Below are positions 1 to 12,765 of a DNA stretch of 64,000 nucleotides, one piece after another. Both the position numbers and the translations under genes were made by a program. This DNA is from Octopus vulgaris (Eukaryota), in NCBI GenBank assembly GCA_951406725.2, contig OX597832.1, forward strand, positions 14,260,001 through 14,324,000. Reading direction: 5' to 3'. The notes under the pieces are model-generated. The model saw only the letters and a program-made list of their open reading frames with translations, was not told the origin of the DNA and did not search any database. Numbering within the stretch: position 1 is the first letter of the stretch; every line of letters starts with the position of its first letter.

Positions 1-474
1 GAGTGTGTGTGGGTGTGCGTATCAATTAGTCCAAAAATGCGTTAGGATGGAGTAAAATAAAGAGTGGTATAAGTGGACGGAGAAGAGAGAAAATAGTAAT
101 TCAGTGTAGGAGAAGTAGTCAGAGTAACACTCTTGATGATAGAGAGTGAGGGAATGCAATAGCAATGAGAGAAAGGGAGTAACAAAGAGCGCATCGTGTA
201 CCTTCTCTTCTTTCCCGTCACAACATATGAGAATTGAAGGGGTGATAGGTGAGAAAGTGGGAGAACCAAGAAGCGTGTGTGAGAGAGAAAACGAGCGAGA
301 GTCTAAGAGAGAGAGAGAGCTGTGCCTAATCGTTGTCGTCTGCTTGTTATTTCCACATACAACAGACAGTGTATGTATATATATATATATATATGGCGGT
401 GCCCCAGCATGGCCACAGCGCCTGAGCTGAAACTAGATAAAAAAATAAATAAATAAACAATATATATATATATA

Positions 475-542
475 CTAGCATTAAAGACCCGTCGTTGCCG
501 GGTCATAGTGCTAGTGCATGTATATATGTGTATGTATGTATG

Positions 543-578
<36 letters not shown>

Positions 579-1485
579 TATATACAACTACACATAAAAT
601 GCAAAATACAAAGTGATATCGCTAGTGATAACAATACTCAAAATATATAACACTGGAATTGTTAGCCCGTCTCTTGTAATTTCGATCAATTTTATCTTGT
701 CCCCCCCTCTTGTATAGAAGTGTGGCTACAATCCAGCCTAACTCTACTTCGGGTGAGGGTGCACGGGACGTCCTACGTCCCAGATATATAGGTAAAAATA
801 AAAATTTCCACTTTGCAAGTTCGAGTCGAGTACTCCCTTGCACACTCCGTTGACACGAACCTTGCTTCTATTGTGGCGAATTTACCGCCTCTGATTACAT
901 ATCTATCATAGTCGCACCAAGACACTTTTCGAAGGTGCTTTTCTCCATGTGTTCAAATATTCTTTTTTCTCTACATTGTATACTTTATAGACAATAGTCT
1001 TTTCTTCAATTTAATTTTTTTTATTATCCATCTGGATTATTCTATTTCTGCACGCTAATTTTATTTTTAATTTATTCCCATTCATGTGAAACCACTTATT
1101 CAAGTTCAAGTCACTGATGCAATTTTATACCAATTGCTATTTTTACTTTTGTTATATTACCTTAGTTTGATTTTAATTATTACTTACAACATATAATTCA
1201 ATTGTTATTATTATTTTTATTGTTAAAGTGAAAGTATCTGACATAAAATAGAGAATTGTTTTTTTTCTCTTTTAACACGTAATACTGAAATAGTGGAGAA
1301 GATATGATATTGCTATGGGCTCGCTCTAGGCAAGAAGTTGAACATTTTTTTGCCCATGAAACTACAAGGACCCAAAGTAAGGCACGTGTAAAATTTGAAT
1401 GAAATTGGTTGTGTAATTCTCAAATTTTAGGGAAACACACAGACAGACCGACAGAAACACATTCTCAGTTTTATATATATAAAGA
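475..1485 (-). mobile_element. Non-autonomous Helitron-like element
   Basis: Minus strand starts A|TCTTTATATATATAAAACTGAGAATGTGTTTCTGTCGGTCTGTCTGT at 1485 (5'-TC, CTGT repeats, then caaccaatttcattcaaatttt). A GC hairpin gacccg-gcaacga-cgggtc followed by CTAG|T lies at 504-474. Pairing of these two ends into one element is inferred. Confidence 0.55.
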
Positions 1486-1989
1486 TATATATGTATGTAT
1501 ATATATACATATAAACTAGCAGTAAAGCTCGTCATTGTTCGAATAATTACATTGACTGTTTATCGGGAGCCATACTAAAAGTACTATTATATGCATACTT
1601 TTCTATTCCTCAATTTGTGTGTTTTTAAAAGAAAAAATAAACTTGTAATAATTGAAGTAGAAGATCAATATCTTACATGAACTTGTGTTTGTTTATGATA
1701 TGAGAATAATAAGTGCGTTGTATGTGCTTTTGTTCAAATTATACTGTCATGGCAATGATATATCTTTATAAGAGCAAAACGTGATAATTGAAGTAGAAAA
1801 AATATCATTTTTATACCCGAAGGTTTGTTTGTTTATTGCATGATAATAGCAAGTGAGATGTATGTTTTTTTCATTATTTATCAATGCAGTAATGTCAATT
1901 ATATAATAAAGTTCATTGAACTAGGTAATTTACCATTCTTGAATGTAATGATATTAGCGATAAATGAATTTAGAGAAGTCTTCTTGTTG

Positions 1990-2570
1990 TATTTAGAATG
2001 AATATTTCTGTACGAAAAATGTTTTTTGTTTCTTTTCGGGCTACATAAACATTTACTGCAAACAGTGAGAATTATTACCTCATTGAAGTTTGTGCTTAAT
2101 TAATCTTGTACTTTTACAAAATGTTGGTTGATACAAACTATGTAACAGCACAATAGGTGTCCCATTTTTCAACTGAAAATTATGAGGAGCTGTACTTCGT
2201 GGTTGTAATGAGTTATAGAATTCGTTGGAGTAATTTACACTATCCTGATCATCAACAACACTGTCAACTGAGTTATAAGTTAATATTTCTGGAACTTTAT
2301 TCCATAGCATATTATTCATTGTATTGTAGAGTAACATGTTTTGGAACCAGGATAGCTCTGTTACCGATGTAATCTGTACTGTTGTAATTTTGAAGAAGTT
2401 TAGGAAAGGTTTCTTATATCAAATCATTGACAGAATCAGTTGAATTATTTATTGCATTGAGTGTAAGAAACTGTTCTTCATTAATTGAATCTCTCTCTTC
2501 ACCGAGTCTCAAAAGCTGGTCTGCAAATAGTTCAGGTAACTGATCTCTTGAAAGCGGCGATCTCATATAA
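1990..2570 (-). pseudogene. Second, internally deleted copy of the Helitron helicase C-terminal region
   Basis: ORF 2080..2337 NSVDSVVDDQDSVNYSNEFYNSLQPRSTAPHNFQLKNGTPIVLLHSLYQPTFCKSTRL; nucleotide similarity to ~3105-3578. Confidence 0.8.
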
Positions 2571-2763
2571 TAATTGAAGTAAAAAAAGAGATGAACTTCA
2601 TATATGAACCTCTGTTAGTTTATTATATGACAATAGTGAGTTCTATATTTTTGTTAAATTTATCAATGCAGTAACGGAATTTATATAATACAGCTCACTG
2701 AAATTGGTAGTTTAGTTATTCTTGAATGTAATGATATTAATTGGAAATTAATTTATTGAATTA

Positions 2764-4176
2764 TTAATTGAAGTAATAATGTGGCATTGAGTGTGAATAT
2801 TTCTTTGTTTTATTTCTGGGTGCATAAGCAAAAAGATTTGCTTTTGCTCCCAAACGTGATGCTCTTACATAAATTTGACTATGTGAAAAGCATGGTTTTG
2901 GAAGTTGCAATCCAGCAACTTTTAATGTTTGGCCCTGGCTTGTATTCACGTGCATGGCAAACGAAACTTGGATAGGAAACTGTAACCGTTTAAATTGTAA
3001 TGGGACATTAGCTGGTTTAAATAGTATGCAAGAAAGAAAACAATATCACCTTTACTATAACCAGTGAGAATATTTGCATCAATGCAGTTCCTCATAGTTT
3101 GGTGCAGAATTAATATTGTACCATTGCATAATTTTGGTTGAGACAATTTACGTAATATTATTATAGGACCACTTGTTTTCTTCAGCTGAAAATAATGAGG
3201 AGCTGTAAATGCTGGTTATAGTGAGTTCAAAAATTCGATGGGGTAGTTAACTCTATCCTCATAATCAACAACACTGGCAATTGAGTTATAAATGAATATT
3301 TCTCCCGTAAGCTTATTCAATAGCATATTATTAATACAGTGCACTGAAAACTTTTTGGGAGATAGGATAGCTCGCTCATAGATCTAATCTGCATTATAGT
3401 AATTATGAAGATTAGGTAAGATTAAATCCACCAAATCTTCAACCGAATGCGTTTAATTACATATTCGATTGAGTGTAAGAACATTTTCTTCATCAATTGT
3501 AAGTCCCCGTTTACGAAGTTTCAAAGCTGCTCTGCAATTGGTTCAGCTGACAGATGTCTTGAAAGCAGTCATCTCATATTTATTGAAAGTTGAAGTTTTT
3601 TTACATGATGCCATAATACAGAATACTTTATTGAGGCATGATCTTATCCACTTTTGTTCCTCTTGGAATAACTGTGACATTTCTCATCGCGGAATTGCGG
3701 TTTCAAATGCCTGGTAGTGTTCTGTCAACAGCTTCAAAAGCATTTTTTGAGGGCCATGGTAATTCGTCCCAGACAATTGACATCTTTGTATTAGTTCAGC
3801 CTCAGCAGAATTTTTACGTACATTACAAACTGGTATCTGGTTTAGTAGATAAATCTAAAGGTAACGTGAATGTTGAATGAGCAGTCCGACCTCCGTGTAT
3901 TAATGCAATCCCAGAAGTAGCAGTAGCTAACTTTATTTTATTTTCTTGACAAACTTTAGCCAGCAAGAGTTTAATTACATATGTTTCCGCAGTACATCCT
4001 CGAACATCTAAAAAATAAACTCCTCCTGTGTTATTGTTAACACTTTCTATGACAGTCGAATATGCATGCTGTTGATCGAATGGAAACTTGAGAAGATTAT
4101 CATTTATGTATATGGACAGTTTCTCTTTATCAAAGGAAATTTCTCTCATTATTTCAGTGGACAGTGTTAATACCAC
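2764..4176 (-). pseudogene. Helitron RepHel PIF1-like helicase domain, frameshifted
   Basis: GGVYFLDVRGCTAETY (decayed Walker A GPGGTGKT), ATSGIALIHGGRTAHSTFTLPL, PKLCNGT..ILTGYSKGDIVF and SQGQTLKVAGLQLPKPCFSHSQIYVRASR match PIF1/Helitron helicase motifs in the correct order. Confidence 0.9.
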
Positions 4177-5415
4177 GTCTATTAGTTAGTGGGAGACATA
4201 ATATGTTTTGACTGTGTGATGGTATTAGAAAAATAGAGATATTGGGAAATGGAAAGAGAGAGAAAGATACAGAAAGTGAGGGACAGAATGAGACTGTGAC
4301 AGAAAGAGAGCGTGACAAGAAAGACAGAGGGAGAAGGAGCGAGGTAGAATTACAGAGAGAAAGGGAGAGTGAGAGAAAGACAAAGATTGACAGAAAGAGA
4401 ATGAGAGAAAGAAAGTGATTCACATAAAGAGAAAGACAGAAGGCGACAAGGAATAACAGAGAAGGTGACAGAAGCAGAGAAGACGACAGAAGGAGAGGAG
4501 ACAGAAGAAGAGAAGGAGACAGAAGGAGAGAATGAGACAGAAAGACAGAGACAGGAAGAGAGAGAACTGGACACGGCGGAAGGAGAGAGAGAGAGAGAGA
4601 AAGAGAGAGCGAGACACGACAGAACGTGAAAGTATCGAATCGCTGATCACGAAACACCGTCATCGATGGTCACAACATTTAGCAAGATGGAAGAATCAAG
4701 ACAACCACGCCAAGTCTTTTTATTGAACTCACTTCTGGAAAAAGACCACGAGGTCGACCTCTTCAAGATAAAACAACCACCCGAGCCGTCAACTGCATCA
4801 CCATACAGAAAAAGTTCAGCAAAGAATAAAAATATATACTTCGATATGAGATATGACCGTAAACGAAATAGTGTATATAGAAACAAAAAATCGTACACAT
4901 TTGACAAGACGTATGATTTAATTTCAATTTTAATTATAAATTGTAGTAAGGTGAAACAATGAGTTTGTGCTCTAACATTCATAAATTGGCTATATCCTGC
5001 TGATATATCTCATATATAGAATCTCATTTGCGTCGCTTCATGCTGAGAAACAAAGAAAAGCACATACGACAAGGATGAGAGAGAGACAGTGAGAGGACTA
5101 GAGACTTAGATAAACAGGGAGACAGAGAAATACAGATGAACATATAAGGAACCATTGCAAATAACTAATGCAATGAACGAAGTGAAAGAATTGCGTGATT
5201 TTGATCCACATATGATATTTTCAGATGTAGTTATAGAAGGTAATCAGTGTCATAGATTTTAATGATCACATCGATCATCCGGTTGATAAATAAATTATAT
5301 CATCTTAAATTGGTTTATTAGACCATATCTGCCTAGCATGATTATTAGTGCGTTTCTTTGACATTGTTATACATGTGTGTGTATTGTATAAATGGAATCA
5401 GCAGGAGGGAGCAAA

Positions 5416-5746
5416 TTTAGACATCTTTTCAATAAACACTGCATCTGTTTCGATGCACTGTATATCCACATACACGCAGTCTTTAAATTAAATAACAGTT
5501 TACCTGTATAATAAGATCCAGTTCTATTTCCTCAGCTGATATATAATCGTTGTCCCCATAAGTAAATCTTTTAATTTGATGCAAACACATCAACGATTTA
5601 CTGATGGGGACAGCGATTTTATATCACCTAAGGAGATACAAACGGATCCCATTTTACGGGTAAAGAATTGCTCAATGTAAATCCTGTGTACATGTGGATC
5701 TATGGTATAGCGAAACTGTGTAGTGTTTATTACATAGTTGTCTAAA
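5416..5746. repeat. Imperfect fold-back (inverted arms ~150 bp)
   Basis: tttagaca..aataaacactgca..tttcg..atccacat..tgatatataatcgttgtccccataagtaaatc is mirrored by gatttactgatggggacagcgattttatatca..atgtggat..cgaaac..tagtgtttatt..tgtctaaa. Confidence 0.75.
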
Positions 5747-5906
5747 CGTACACCTTAGTGTTGACTATATTCGATTTTTATTTTTCACTCAATCACGATG
5801 AATTCTTTAGCCTAGGCTTCGAATACTACTGGATATTTGGTAATGCAAAGGATTAACGAGCTCTATTTTGTACACTAATGTGTTCCTAAAGGAATACACT
5901 TATATT

Positions 5907-5960
5907 CACGGAGAATGTGTTCTCAAGAAAAATTATTTTCTTGAGAACACATTCTCCGTG
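5907..5960. repeat. Perfect 25-bp inverted repeat with 4-nt loop
   Basis: cacggagaatgtgttctcaagaaaa-atta-ttttcttgagaacacattctccgtg. Confidence 0.95.
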
Positions 5961-6466
5961 GAAAATGGCGATTTTGACGTCTATTTCTAGTTTACAGGCT
6001 GTCCACTTTTAGTGGTCAATCCTCTAAATTTTCTATGTAAAAAATGTTTAATCTTGGTTTAATCAGTGGTTTTAATTGATTAATATAAATTTCTACCCTT
6101 ATTTAATTATATATATATATATATATTGTGAGCGCGCCAGCTCACAATCATACGGTAGTGAATTCTCATTTTTTCTATTATTCTCCTTACTCTAATTACT
6201 TAGTGTGAATGAACTGTCTTGGCTTTGTTTTCCTTCTTCTTTGATATACACCTGCTGATTTGGAAGCCTACTGCGGACCTCTAACTCCAGCCACAGCTGT
6301 GAGCTTGGAACCTGATAGATGACCAATTAAGGACTTACGCAATGTATTAATTTAGAATTTAGATCATCAGTGGACTTATCCTCTGATATTCTCTCTCCCA
6401 CATACTTTCTCTCTCATTCTCTGTCTCTGTCTGTGTGTCTGTCTGTCTGCCTCTCTCTCTCTCTCT

Positions 6467-6529
<63 letters not shown>

Positions 6530-7141
6530 CATACATACATATGTATATGTATACGTATTTATGCGCACGTTTATATAAATACATATTTAATAAACGCGCA
6601 CATTTTGATAAGTGCGTAATTGTGGGTGTAAATACCTGTGTGTATCACTATATATGTATGGCTAAAGGAACACATGCCTCTGTATATGTACCTGGCGTTA
6701 TCAATCAAGAAATTATTAAAATATTAAAAATAACCACCTTTCGTTTTTGCCAACGATTAACTTGAACTAAAACACGTATGATCAATCCATAACTGTCATG
6801 AGCAGACCTATCTTGCTCTTGCATTATTCAAAACTCATGATAGCAAATTTTGAATGTATATTTTTTGCACAGTTTCACATTTTAAATAGTTATACTAAAT
6901 ATAACTTTTCACTGAATTTGAAATATGTGAGATATTACTTCTTCAAATATTACTAGTTCCTGAAACGGCACAGGCTACAATTTTTACATAAATGAGTGGC
7001 TACTTAATGAGCCTGTCCAAAATTACAATGAACCCTATGTAAAGGCGATGAAGGAAAATAATAAATAACATAGAATTACGGAATTAAATATATGCTTCAT
7101 AACCATTGAGATACGCTCCTATATATATATAAATAAATATA

Positions 7142-7416
7142 CTTTATATAAAGCAGCAGAAAATTGACCGTTATTTCTAAAGGGCCAATCAAACAAGTCC
7201 ATTTTTTTTAAAGGTGTAGCGTTTGTAAGAGTCTGGATTGAATTGATATATCGTTTCCATTCTAGCAAAAACTGTCTGATGAACGGCAACGAGAAACTCA
7301 GAGTAACAGATTTTGTTGAATTTTCTGCTGCTTTAAATAAAGCATATTACTCTACCACTGGTATTTGAGTACTCTTTTTTTCCACCTTGTTTCACATTTA
7401 TGTGTTTACTCCGGTA
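7142..7416 (+). mobile_element. Short non-coding Penelope-like element with inverted arm and hammerhead motif
   Basis: Inverted repeat 7142-7165 / 7319-7342, HHR core at 7267-7314 and a ~75-nt tail. A reverse-orientation relative lies at 26207-26401. TA-rich flanks. Confidence 0.65.
7267..7314 (+). ncRNA. Minimal type I hammerhead ribozyme motif
   Basis: aaaactgt-CTGATGA-a cg GCAA cg a-GAAA-ctc a ga GTA|acagatttt: intact CUGAUGA/GAAA core, GUA triplet, stem I ctgt/acag, GNRA-capped stem II, near-loopless stem III. Confidence 0.7.
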
Positions 7417-10323
7417 TAAATAAATAAATATATATATATTTATATATACATGTATATATATATATATATATATTTCAGAGCATATATTATATGTATATGT
7501 CGTTGTTAATGTTTATTACAGTAGTGCTACTTGTATTTCATATATGAGTTTGTTCTAACGTATACACTGGCCAGGCATATCAGCACTTAGTTTTCAACCC
7601 ATATGCACGTAAGTCGTGGACTGGTGCTAAGATTCCCGTATGTTTCATTGCGAAAATTTGTATAACCTACAAAATTCACGAAACATATCTCCCCATCATT
7701 GCAGGATGGGATCTAGGGGACTTGTCCCGCTTGTCTATGAGTCATAGGTGTTCTAATATCCGCCGCTTTGTAAGAGTAATCATGACCACATCAATTCGAA
7801 GCCTGCTGGCAAAGCTGTTATGGTTCTATATTAAGTATATGCATATATATATATCTACGTATGCATGTATACATGTGCACGGGTTTGGGAGTGGGTGTGT
7901 CATATATGTGCTTTAAGAGTAAAAATGCCTACGTTGTATATATATATATATATGCACAAATACACAAAATACCCAGCAATAATAGTGGTCCACATTCTGA
8001 AATATTTCCCCCCCCAACTTTGCAGGTTTTTAAAAACTAAGATTTCGTCGTTGAGTCTTCCTCAGTGTCTTGTGATGATATTTTTTACGTGTTAAGAGGA
8101 TTATTAATTTTTTTTTTTTAATTCAGAAGGTTTTTATATATTTACATATATATTTTGAAAGTATGTCTTTAACATTTCCTAATATATTTCCTTCTGCTAT
8201 TATTATTTATATATAAGCAAGCCATCGAGTATGAGGTAACATAGAAAACATTTTTTAAAAAAATGCATTATATATTAGGTCATCTACACACTAATCAATT
8301 GGTTGGCACTATGGTACCGGCTAAGAAATTATCAAAATAGCTGCCATGATGACTAAAATGTAAAGAATTATATAGTTATGAAATTATATGTATAAACATA
8401 TGTGCATGTGTGTGTGTTTGCGTGCTCGAGTGTTCGTGCGTATGTGTGCGTGTGTCTGACACATTTTTCATTTAATGAAAGAGTCATATAATAATATAAT
8501 AAATTTGTTCTCAACCTGTATTAATTTATAGATGCGTTATTCCCCACAAAGACGCATGGTCAGGCAAACCACCATATGGATGTGTTTATATGTATATATG
8601 TATGTATTTATGTATGTATGTAAATATTTATCTATATATGTACACGCACACACACACATATATATATGAATATCTATATGTACAAATACGCACACTCTTG
8701 TATGGCTGTCCCCTCGTGACCGAGAAAGACCACCAATGCCCATTAATACCCTGTGCAATTTATGCTATACACCTATATTTCTGCTTGCGACCAACGAAAC
8801 CAGATTTGATAAGAGTATTCGTCAGCCGGTATTGTAAATAAAGCTTTCATGTTTTTTTACTCTCTCTGCGCGCTTTCATCAACCCCTTAGGATACTACAT
8901 GAAAAATGCGTGTTGTTTCGAAAACATCTAGTTATGTTTTTAATTGTTTACTACAATGCTTGCGATAACAGGAATTCCTCTGTGAATTAACTACTCCATG
9001 TTTCACAGACTTTCACAGAGAACGTTACACAATCTTCAAATCGAAGTCTTGTTGTCGGCTGCTGACATTTCTACAACCAATTTCATTTATATAGCATATA
9101 CTCTGGGGTCCTGCGATCAATCGTTTATACAAGCCGTACCGTCCAACAAACATGGTGCTTGTGTACAATTTCTTCAAAGCTCAGAACCTCGTCTCCCCTC
9201 AAAACATCTGATTGAGGTCCGAATCGACCAGCCTAACATATAGTCAATAATCCTAGAAATAGAAAATATTGTATGACGTTTATTTGTTGTACATAGAAAT
9301 TGTGATACTGTAGTATTCAAAAGTACTCAAACTTTTCATGTTTAAATTTCTTGCGTCCTGTCACTTCATGAGAACATATCATATATGTATGTGTGCGTGA
9401 GCATAAAACATAATATTTACGCGCGCCTGTTGTGTTTGTATACCTGTGTGTGTCTGTGTATATCCGTTGTGTGTTCAAGAGTGAGCGCGTCTGCCTTTGT
9501 GTAAAGATCTGTATCTCTGAGGGAATGTGCACAAGTGTCTTTTATTCAAACTTACTTTGTCTTCTGAGGCGAGAGTGTGAATGAAATATATAATAACATA
9601 ATAACGATAGGTCAAATAATTCACTAAAGTTACAAGACAATTCCTATTCAGAGATACGCTTGCATAATTTGTTTAGCCTGAATGTGAAACAATTGCCAGA
9701 TTCTCAATTTGTAAGTTAAGGTCATGAATAACCTTGCACGGTTTAAGTTCACTTGCCTATAAGACATTTCCATAAACAATTCACCATTCTTTTGTCCAAA
9801 TCATAAATATATGGTCTTTGAATAGGCGCAACATTTCTCTTCGCTATCATGTTAACTTCAGCAGATTTTTTCCCTTATAAATGACCGTATTTATTTTCTA
9901 TGTTCCGTCATTGTTATTATTTCCGCTCTTTCGCTGCAATATTTTTTTTTTACTTGTTATTCTTTCTAGATATCCATTCTTTACCTTCGTATTCACTTTC
10001 TTTTGTTTGTAAGTAGATTTGCTTGTAAAATAATTCATTTTTGTATTTTTTGGTTTTGTTTTCAACATTTTTCTTTAAGATATTGTCATATGTTCTTCAC
10101 TTTATCATACAATGAATTCCCTTTATCGATATTCCGATAGAGTATTATCATTAACAGTATTGGGTTATTCATTTGTTTTCACAACTTTCATTATATTTTC
10201 GATATACTTTCTCGAACGCCTTTCATATTCTTCCATACACATTTTTTCCTTTTTAATTGCATTCAGTTTGTAAGTGTAAGATATACATAAATACACTCAC
10301 ATAACCAACCAAACACCCCCACA

Positions 10324-10374
<51 letters not shown>

Positions 10375-10859
10375 GTATAGGTATATCCATACATGTGTGT
10401 TTATCTAGATGCATGGTTATATGTCTGTGTGCGTATGCATGGCGTACGTAATCGAATGAAGAGGGCACTGAAGATATATAGTAGATTTTATATTTAAACA
10501 GAATCAGTTTCAGCATTGCTCTTATATTACTTGATACGTAAATGATGTGCTATCAGTCACATACTATATGTTCACTGTAGTCGTAGTGCCCAGAATTAAC
10601 TGTATATGATTACTATCATAAGTGAAAATGTTGATAAGCCACAAAAATATCAACACATCAAGATGGATTCTGGGATGACTTGTTCCGCCTACCTGTAAGT
10701 CAGAGCTGATTTGATATCTGGTGCTTTGAGAGAGTAATCTCGACCACGCCAATTCGCAGCTTACTGGCAAATGCATTGTGTATATACACTGTTAAGTATA
10801 CACATTTATACATTTATGTACGTGTACAAGTGTGCCATTTTTTTAGATGGTGTGGCAAG

Positions 10860-11300
10860 CCGGTGCATTAAGAGTAAAAATACCAAGGTTGTATACAATA
10901 GTCAAAAGAAAACATGACCGTAATTAATGGAGATCCACAATCCTATGTTTTTGTATACGGGTAGAAATTGTCTGGGAATTGTTCCAATGGATCATACCCT
11001 TTCCTAGTTAGACCATTGTGTTACAGATAAAACTGTTTAATCCGGATATGTATACCTTAGTAAAAAAAATACATTTTTATGTGATAGCAATAAAAACGCA
11101 TCAATACATTTTGGATAAAAATCACTTCGGGCATGGATATTAAGAAACCCATCTAAAAGTTTGATGGGCGATTTTACTTCTACTCGCATGCCTGACACAC
11201 ACCATTTACTGAAATACTATCACTGGAGCATGGACTGGCTCTATGATCGGTGTTTATAATTGCATTATTGAATCACTTCTTCACTGGTTTATTGATATAT
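10860..11300 (+). mobile_element. Possible highly decayed Tc1-like transposase remnant
   Basis: Only weak echoes of the MDWP..SPDLN.IE.LW motif (atggactggctc..attgaatcactt, ~11230-11280). Confidence 0.2.
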
Positions 11301-12048
11301 AATGTTTCATTGTCTATCAGCAAAACATACCGAAGCACGAATGGTTCAGAACTTAAAATATTTTGTGACCATATACACAAAGATGTTTCATCTAAACAGG
11401 AGATATGAAATCATTCATAGATTTAGTATAGTATATGGGGGTAACAGTATGCACAACACGTTCTTAGGCTCAACGCTTACTACCACAACAGAATGGTAGG
11501 TATCGACTAAGATCAGTTGAGGTCAGCCAACATGCAATTACAAATACGTAAACCACATCTACATTTCCTAGAAGCTAAATATCAAGTACATTATGTTAGC
11601 ACGAACAAAAAACTGAAATAAGTACATAAAAATGTGATATAATGCATACACTATGAAAACAAAATACGAAGCATAAAACAAAAGCGTCTACTTGACAAAA
11701 TAGCATATACAAAATATGAATTCAATCATATTCCACAGCTGAAACCATGTCAGTGGTTTGAGGAAAATTTTTCCTTTAATATTTGTTTTAATAAAATAAT
11801 GGAAACAGAAATGTAATGCATGCAGTTTATGTGTTCGTTAGCATTCTGCATTTTTCGGAGTAATATAAGCAGGATTTTAATGGATGGAAACGTTGCCCGT
11901 GTGATATTTGGTCTACAATACGTGATACATATTAAGAGAAGTCCCGTAGCATTTTCTCTGTCCATGGAGAATAACAAGAAATAGTATACTTATTAATATC
12001 TTACAGCAAAGTTATAAAACAAACTATATTTTATGTATCTTAACTGTA

Positions 12049-12386
12049 GGCGCAGGAGTGGCTGTGTGGTAAGTAACCAACCACATGGTTCCGGGTTCAG
12101 TCCCACTACGTGGCATCTTGGGCAAGTGTCTTCTGCTATAACCCCGGGCCGACCAATACCGGAAGCTGAAAGAAGCCCGTCGTATATATGTATATATATA
12201 TGTATGTGTTTGTGTGTCTGTGTTTGTCTCCTTAGCATTGCTTGACAACCGATGCTGGTGTGTTCACTTAGCGGTTCGGTAAAATAGACCGATAGAATAA
12301 GTCCCAGGATCAATTTTCTCGACTAAATGCGGTGCTTCAGCATGACCGCAGTCAAATGACTGAAACAAGTAAAAGAGTAAAAGAGT
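12049..12386 (+). mobile_element. tRNA-derived SINE, family A (internal deletions)
   Basis: Head ggcgcaggagTGGCTGTGTGGtaag..GGTTCAGTCCC (Pol III A/B-box-like), cttgggcaagtgtc core, internal TA/TG tract, (AAAAGAGT)n tail. Further copies in the window. Confidence 0.85.
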
Positions 12387-12718
12387 ACCGTTGTTTTTTT
12401 ACAGATGCTACATTGGGCATACATATTTATGCTCACCATTGAAGTGGTATGCATTGAAAATTAAGCTAACTATTACAGTGGAAGATTAGTTTTTCATTGA
12501 TTTAAGCTGCGGTTAGTTCTGTTCTTGGGCAAATGGATTATAGGCATCTTATGTGTAATGAGAGTAATGGAACCGTGAAACCTATCAATAGAAATTCCTT
12601 TGTCTTCCTTCAAGTGAAGAGACAAGGAAAGCACGTTTATATACTTATCTTTCAAAACATAGTTAAATAATATTTGGAATACAATTACTTTAAAATTATC
12701 TATTAAAAATTGTGCACT

Positions 12719-12765
<47 letters not shown>

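Larger units (their letters stand above)
1516..4176 (-). mobile_element. Decayed autonomous-type Helitron (3' part; 5' end not located)
   Basis: Diverged copy of the hairpin+CTAG terminus at 1516-1544, with collinear PIF1-family helicase fragments upstream on the minus strand. Confidence 0.8.

Noticed and set aside
6125-6148. lac-operator-like palindrome attgtgagc-gcgcca-gctcacaat
   Set aside because: Wrong spacing and no vector context; a chance 9-bp hairpin.
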